Assembly: GCA_030754595.1 (NCBI GenBank)
Contig: JASLZZ010000129.1
Coordinates: 45,184-109,183 of the forward strand
DNA: 64,000 nt
Source: Nitrospinota bacterium
GTDB lineage: Bacteria > UBA8248
Reading direction: 5' to 3'
Shown: piece by piece, positions 59,578 to 64,000 of the stretch
Layout of the letters: each line of letters begins with the position of its first letter
Numbering within the stretch: the stretch's first letter is position 1
Position numbers and translations under genes: made by a program
Notes under the pieces: model-generated
Told to the model about the DNA's origin: nothing
What the model saw: only the letters and a program-made list of their open reading frames with translations
Databases searched by the model: none

Positions 59578-60084
59578 ATGATTGAAGTCATAGTTTTTGC
59601 CCTTATTTTGGGATTCCTCGCGATCTTCCTCGTCAAGAAGACCACCACGAATATCGCACTCGAAGAGGACTTCGAAATAAACCGGACCGACTCCGAGGTC
59701 CAGGACCTCCGCCGAATGTCGCGCCAGGAGTTCGAGCGTGCGCTCAAGAACCTTCTCGAAGACATAGACCTGAGGATAGTCGAGACCATTTGGGTGAACG
59801 ACGAAGAAGTCGACATTCTCGCCCACAACCCGGCCCCCGTGATCGGCGGCGACTATATCGTTCAGGGGATACTGGTGCCCGACGGCCATTATGTGGACTC
59901 CATCCGCGTCATCGGCCTCTCCGATACCGTTCGGGCCGAAAAAGCCCTGAAGGGAATCCTGGTATCGACCGGCTTCTTTACCGAGGAAGTGGTCAAGTAC
60001 ACCGAAGGGGCCCCGATGGAGCTGATCAATGTGTCGAAATTCCGGGAGCTACTCAGGGCGCGCGGGCTCCCCTGGCCCGCTTAA
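59578..60084 (+). CDS. Membrane-anchored Mrr-like (type IV restriction endonuclease fold) protein
   Basis: N-terminal TM, MSRQEFE...LL, VDILA, YIVQ, KGILVSTGFFT and MELIN. Confidence 0.75.
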   Translation: MIEVIVFALILGFLAIFLVKKTTTNIALEEDFEINRTDSEVQDLRRMSRQEFERALKNLLEDIDLRIVETIWVNDEEVDILAHNPAPVIGGDYIVQGILVPDGHYVDSIRVIGLSDTVRAEKALKGILVSTGFFTEEVVKYTEGAPMELINVSKFRELLRARGLPWPA

Positions 60085-60104
60085 GAGCGAAGACGTCCGG
60101 AGCG

Positions 60105-60136
60105 AAAAAAGCCTCCTCGGCGAGGGGGCTTTTTTT
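60105..60136. terminator. Bidirectional intrinsic terminator
   Basis: aaaaaa-gcctcctcg-g-cgagggggc-ttttttt between convergent genes. Confidence 0.75.
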
Positions 60137-60161
60137 CTTTATCGATTTTATTTCTACGCCG

Positions 60162-60272
60162 CTAGGCCAGCCAGTAAAAAACGCTCACTCCCACAACAAG
60201 GGCCGTCATCAACAGGCGCAGCCCGCAGGCATCCCACCACAAATGTTTTTTGGGTCTCCCCTCCTGGCTCAT
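60162..60272 (-). CDS. 36-aa single-TM protein ending the Rieske/cytochrome b operon (not in ORF track)
   Basis: MSQEGRPKKHLWWDACGLRLLMTALVVGVSVFYWLA*; GAGGAG RBS; lies between the subunit IV-like stop and the terminator. Confidence 0.5.
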   Translation of the reverse strand: MSQEGRPKKHLWWDACGLRLLMTALVVGVSVFYWLA

Positions 60273-60290
60273 GCGGCTCCTCTCCTCGGC

Positions 60291-61070
60291 TCAGATATTC
60301 AACCAGGGAAGCACGAGGACGTACTTCACGTTGAAGGCGATTCGCAGGAACATCTTGGCCACCATTCCCATCATCGTCATGAACAGGAACGCCTTGAGGG
60401 CGTACCGGGTGAAACCGACGTTCACCAGCGTGGCGCGGCGCCAGATGTACCATGCCGGAATGGTGGCGTACCAGAGTGCGATGCTGAAAAGACCAAAGGC
60501 GGCCTGGGTCCAGTACTCCCTGAACCCGAACAGGTAAGGAAAATTGACGTTCGTCAGGGCGACGATCTTGTGCGGGTCCCACTTCTCCCAGGGCATGAAA
60601 AAGTTCCAGCCCGGCCCGCGCAAAAACGTACCCTCGATGACCAGCAGAACCCAGAGCACGAGAAAACCGAACAGGAAGGTGAGGATGGCGAACCGGCGCT
60701 CCTTGAAGCAGTAATACCCGTTCCCCGCCGGGTTGACGTCGATGTAGGGAATCGCCATCAGCCCGACGATGATCAGCACAGGCATCACCACCCCGGCTAT
60801 CCATGGATCGAAGTAGACGAGCATCTCCTGAAGCCCGAGGAAGTACCAGGGCGCCTTCGAGGGATTGGGCGTGACCGAGGGGTTCGCCGGCTCCTCGAGC
60901 GGCGCGTCTATAGTAATCGACCAGACGGTGAGCAGAATCGTTATGATGATCGCCGCCATGAACTCGAGCCGAGTGAGATAGGGCCAGACGTGAATCTTGT
61001 CGTTGACCCGCTCCCAACTCGTCCGCGGGAAATCTTCGGCCGTGCCGACTACCCTGTCTTCTTTCGCCAC
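60291..61070 (-). CDS. Cytochrome b C-terminal / subunit IV-like protein of a Rieske-cytochrome b complex
   Basis: VWP...EF, APLEEPANP..TPNPSKAPWYFLGLQE (PEWY-equivalent) and IPYID. Confidence 0.85.
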   Translation of the reverse strand: MAKEDRVVGTAEDFPRTSWERVNDKIHVWPYLTRLEFMAAIIITILLTVWSITIDAPLEEPANPSVTPNPSKAPWYFLGLQEMLVYFDPWIAGVVMPVLIIVGLMAIPYIDVNPAGNGYYCFKERRFAILTFLFGFLVLWVLLVIEGTFLRGPGWNFFMPWEKWDPHKIVALTNVNFPYLFGFREYWTQAAFGLFSIALWYATIPAWYIWRRATLVNVGFTRYALKAFLFMTMMGMVAKMFLRIAFNVKYVLVLPWLNI

Positions 61071-61094
61071 GATTGCCGCCTCTCGATAACGGGC

Positions 61095-61883
61095 CTAGAG
61101 GGGCCCCGAAATTCCGCCGTCTTTCCTGATCCGCCAGAAGTGAATCATCATCAACCCCGAGGCAATCAGGGGAATCACGATGCAGTGAAGCACATAAAAG
61201 CGCAAAAGGGTGGGCGGTCCGACGATGGTGCCCCCCAGGAGGGCGGAGCGGGCGTCGAAGCGGGGTGTGACGCCCATCAGCTCGGCGAAGGGGCCCTCCG
61301 AGCCCATCAGCGGCGTCGCCCGAGCCATGTTCGTCCCCACCGTCACTGCCCAGATGGAGAGCTGATCCCAGGGGAGAAGGTATCCCGTGAAGCTGAGCAA
61401 AAGCGTGAGCGTCAGGAGCAGAACCCCGATCACCCAGTTGAACTCCCGGGGCGGCTTGTAGGAGCCCGTCATGAACACCCGGAGCATATGAAGCCAGACC
61501 GTGATGACCATGGCGTGCGCCGCCCAGCGGTGCATGTTCCGCATGAACATCCCGAAGGGGGCGTCGAACTCGAGAAACTTCATGTCGAGATAGGCGTACT
61601 CGCCCACCGGGCGGTAGTAGAACATCAGGATAACGCCCGTCACCGTCAGGTAGAGGAACAATAAAAAGGTGATTCCGCCCATGCACCAGGTAAAGCGGAT
61701 CCGGATGGCATGCCGGCGAATCTTCGTCGGGTGAAGGTGGAGCCAGAGGTTGTCCACCACCATCAGGACGCGGTTGCGCGGCGTGTCCTCGTAGCCGTGG
61801 CGGAACATCGACCGCCAAACCTGGGAATCAACGATGTTTCGCTTCATCTGGTCAAAACTGAAGCGTTCTTTAAGGCTTGCCAT
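61095..61883 (-). CDS. Cytochrome b6-like subunit
   Basis: [38 protein letters not shown] and RFYVLH...IHF. Confidence 0.93.
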   Translation of the reverse strand: MASLKERFSFDQMKRNIVDSQVWRSMFRHGYEDTPRNRVLMVVDNLWLHLHPTKIRRHAIRIRFTWCMGGITFLLFLYLTVTGVILMFYYRPVGEYAYLDMKFLEFDAPFGMFMRNMHRWAAHAMVITVWLHMLRVFMTGSYKPPREFNWVIGVLLLTLTLLLSFTGYLLPWDQLSIWAVTVGTNMARATPLMGSEGPFAELMGVTPRFDARSALLGGTIVGPPTLLRFYVLHCIVIPLIASGLMMIHFWRIRKDGGISGPL

Positions 61884-61934
61884 CCAATCCTCCCGAAACC
61901 CCTATTCGGGGCGATAAGATATATATCCGGCGAA

Positions 61935-62489
61935 TCAAATGAAAAGATAGGCCTCGGGCTTTGTCCACTCCCCCCGCTCCAGGCGGAAGTCCTTCCCCCG
62001 GTCCACCACCATCTCTCCGTCCTCGCCCAACACGATTTTAAACCGGTCCAGAGCGCGCGGTGCGGGTCCCTCGAAATTAAACCCGCTCCGTTTGAATCCG
62101 CTCCCGTGGCAGGAACACTTGAACTTGTCTTCGTTGGCAAACCACTTGGGCGTGCAACCCAGGTGGGTGCATATCGCGCTCAGCGCATAGAACCCCCGCT
62201 CCTCGCGGATGATCCAGACGCGGTGAGAGAGCGCGAAACGCGTATCCACGGTGCCGACGGCATAGTCGCTGGGCTTTCCGGCCTTGAAGGTGGATGCCGG
62301 CTCGAACAAGACCCTCGGAAACATGAACCGGAGGAAGCCCAGTAGGCTGATGGCCAAGCTTCCCAGAATACCGACCCACCCCGAATAGTTCATGAAGCGG
62401 CGGCGGTCCATGAAGGACGAAGCGCTTTGGACCTCCGCCTCGTATTCGGCGGGGAATTTTATTTCGGGGGATTTCAGCCTGGTGCTCAT
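61935..62489 (-). CDS. Rieske 2Fe-2S subunit
   Basis: RRRF Tat-like anchor, CTHLGC, CSCHGS and GPAPRAL; ATG 62489 with GGAGG RBS. Confidence 0.93.
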   Translation of the reverse strand: MSTRLKSPEIKFPAEYEAEVQSASSFMDRRRFMNYSGWVGILGSLAISLLGFLRFMFPRVLFEPASTFKAGKPSDYAVGTVDTRFALSHRVWIIREERGFYALSAICTHLGCTPKWFANEDKFKCSCHGSGFKRSGFNFEGPAPRALDRFKIVLGEDGEMVVDRGKDFRLERGEWTKPEAYLFI

Positions 62490-62721
62490 CCTTCCTCCAA
62501 GCCCCGCCCGGCCGGCCGGCGCCCCGCCGGGAATGAACTCTCCTCGGCGGCAAGTCGCACACAAAGGACACCCGGCCAAGCGCCCGGAGACTCACAGGAG
62601 CTAATCGTCTTTTCGGCTAGGTAATTTAACAGTTTTGGCCTTCGGTTTGCTACCCCGGACGGTTTGATTGCGGTGCTGTTAAAAGCTTTCCCAGACTAAC
62701 TACGGGGCAAACACCCCCCTG

Positions 62722-63390
62722 TCAAGGCCGTTTGGCGATCCGGCCGTGATGTTTCGAAACAGTCTCGGCGATTTGGGCCGACGCCTCGCCCAGAAGCCCC
62801 TTGAGGTTTTCAGCCATAGCGTTCACGAAGCCGTGAGGCGGCTGGGTCCGGGCCCGGGTGCGCCGCGAGATGCGCCGCTGGAGAAGCACCTTCCCCGACC
62901 GCCTGTGGATCAAGGTAACTTCTATCTGGGCGTCGGCGAAATAAGAATTAGAGACGTTATCTTCCTCAAACCGCTTGATCCGGCCGCGCACGAGGTAATC
63001 CGAGGGCGCCCCGCTGGCCGAGCGGACGACCTCGCGAAAGCTCCCGGTGGCCAGAAGGTGATCGATCATCCGGTCGGTGACAATCTCGTCGGGCCGCGCG
63101 CCCCAGCGCTGATAGGGGTAGAAATCGACCTGGTAGGGCACCCTGCGGAAGACAATCTTCTCGGTCCGGTAGATAGAGTCCGAGCGAAAATTATCAACTC
63201 CCACCGTCACCGGAGTTGTCCGCGCGCCCTTCTCGGGCTTGAGTGCGTAGTCGATGACGAAGTAGCGCGTCTCGGGCGCCTTCTCGGTCCCTACCCCGCA
63301 CCCGCCCAGCGGAACCGCTACCGCCAGCAGCGCCGCCGACCAGTAAGTCCCGATCCGGGAGCGCCGGATTCCACCCGCTGGTTTCAACAT
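62722..63390 (-). CDS. ABC-type transport auxiliary lipoprotein (PqiC-like)
   Basis: Lipobox LGGC, RYFVI, Y..QRWGARP; downstream of the MCE-like gene. Confidence 0.82.
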   Translation of the reverse strand: MLKPAGGIRRSRIGTYWSAALLAVAVPLGGCGVGTEKAPETRYFVIDYALKPEKGARTTPVTVGVDNFRSDSIYRTEKIVFRRVPYQVDFYPYQRWGARPDEIVTDRMIDHLLATGSFREVVRSASGAPSDYLVRGRIKRFEEDNVSNSYFADAQIEVTLIHRRSGKVLLQRRISRRTRARTQPPHGFVNAMAENLKGLLGEASAQIAETVSKHHGRIAKRP

Positions 63391-63403
63391 ATGACGATCC
63401 TCA

Positions 63404-64000
63404 TCACTTGAAGGTCCTCGGAGCGGCCGGCGCGCTCAAAATGATCGACGAGGGCCGGTCCTTGATCGTGGCCGTGAACTCGCTCAGGTTACTGGCCGTC
63501 TCGCGCAGGTCCGTAATCAAAATCTGTATGTCTTCGCGGTGGCCCGCCACCGTATCGTCGAGCTGGGTGAGAAGCGAGCGCGCCCGGCCCATGGCGAGCC
63601 GGAGCTCCTCTGCCGCCCCCTTGAGCCGCTCGCCCTCCTCGCCCCCCGAAATTTGAAGGAGAATCGTGTTCAACCGCTTCGAGAGCGAGCCGAAATTCAG
63701 AATAATTCCCCTCAACTCGTTTTGGTTCGTCACCAAAAAACCGTCCACGCGGGTGGCGACGCCCTCGACGGCGCGGAGGGCATTGTCCAGGCTGGCCCCG
63801 CCCTTGCGGAGAGTCGATTTCGCCTGATCGCCCACCCCGCTGATTTCGCCGCGCACGGCGCTCCCCGTCGCCGCGATCTCTTTTTGCAATTCCCCGCGGA
63901 CGATCCGAACTTCACTCTTGAGCGCCCCCGTCAGATCGCCCACCCCGCTGATTTCGCCGCGCACGGCGCTCCCCGTCGCCGCGATCTCTTTTTGCAATTC
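63404..64000 (-). CDS. C-terminal helical region of a probable MlaD/MCE protein (partial)
   Basis: Coiled coil ending IKDRPSSII; upstream of the PqiC-like gene. The MCE domain itself is outside the window. Confidence 0.65.
   Translation of the reverse strand, partial: ELQKEIAATGSAVRGEISGVGDLTGALKSEVRIVRGELQKEIAATGSAVRGEISGVGDQAKSTLRKGGASLDNALRAVEGVATRVDGFLVTNQNELRGIILNFGSLSKRLNTILLQISGGEEGERLKGAAEELRLAMGRARSLLTQLDDTVAGHREDIQILITDLRETASNLSEFTATIKDRPSSIILSAPAAPRTFK
63826..64000. repeat. Perfect 67-bp direct repeat with 108-bp period inside the coding sequence
   Basis: 63826-63892 equals 63934-64000, encoding ELQKEIAATGSAVRGEISGVGD twice. Confidence 0.9.

Noticed and set aside
59790..61664. 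624-aa plus-strand ORF and the 554-aa minus-strand alternative frame (60154-61818)
   Set aside because: They overlap the clear cytochrome b genes; R/P/G-rich off-frame translations.
62635..62651. TGGC-N7-TTGC sigma54-like motif
   Set aside because: It points away from the Rieske operon into the 3' end of a convergent gene; likely chance.
1..64000. tRNA, rRNA, CRISPR, integrase or transposase
   Set aside because: None recognised by eye; covariance-model scans (tRNAscan-SE, Infernal/Rfam) were not run, so small ncRNAs could be missed.

Overview
High-GC bacterial chromosomal window, mostly core and metabolic genes. I saw no rRNA, tRNA, CRISPR array or transposase. From left to right it contains: (1) a lower-GC AbiE type IV toxin-antitoxin module whose toxin is frameshifted; (2) small catabolic genes (RidA, cupin, LeuB-like decarboxylating dehydrogenase, Ldh_2); (3) a complete cytochrome c maturation (System I) operon with a variant Cys-type CcmE, an unlisted CcmD and two TlpA proteins; (4) ilvC, an NMT1-type binding protein, a fatty-acid desaturase with an Ala-rich tail, an alpha/beta hydrolase and a doubly frameshifted MFS gene; (5) OYE, SDR and an Ldh_2/UxaA(SuyAB-like) cluster; (6) DUF3090/SCO1664, a Flp-like pilin and tetR-copA-copZ; (7) a peptide ABC transporter plus deacetylase, divergent from an uncharacterised ATP-grasp / DUF1611-like P-loop / ATP-grasp-like trio that is followed by an NTT-HEAT-cNMP protein, which is the best candidate for an undescribed system; (8) an octaheme cytochrome c, an nfi gene with three mutually compensating +1 insertions, a K+ channel, relA/spoT and a polyferredoxin; (9) a Rieske/split cytochrome b complex with two nearby unlisted small membrane ORFs, and the 3' end of an MCE/PqiC lipid-transport operon. 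All family calls are from motif recognition by eye; no database searches were run.
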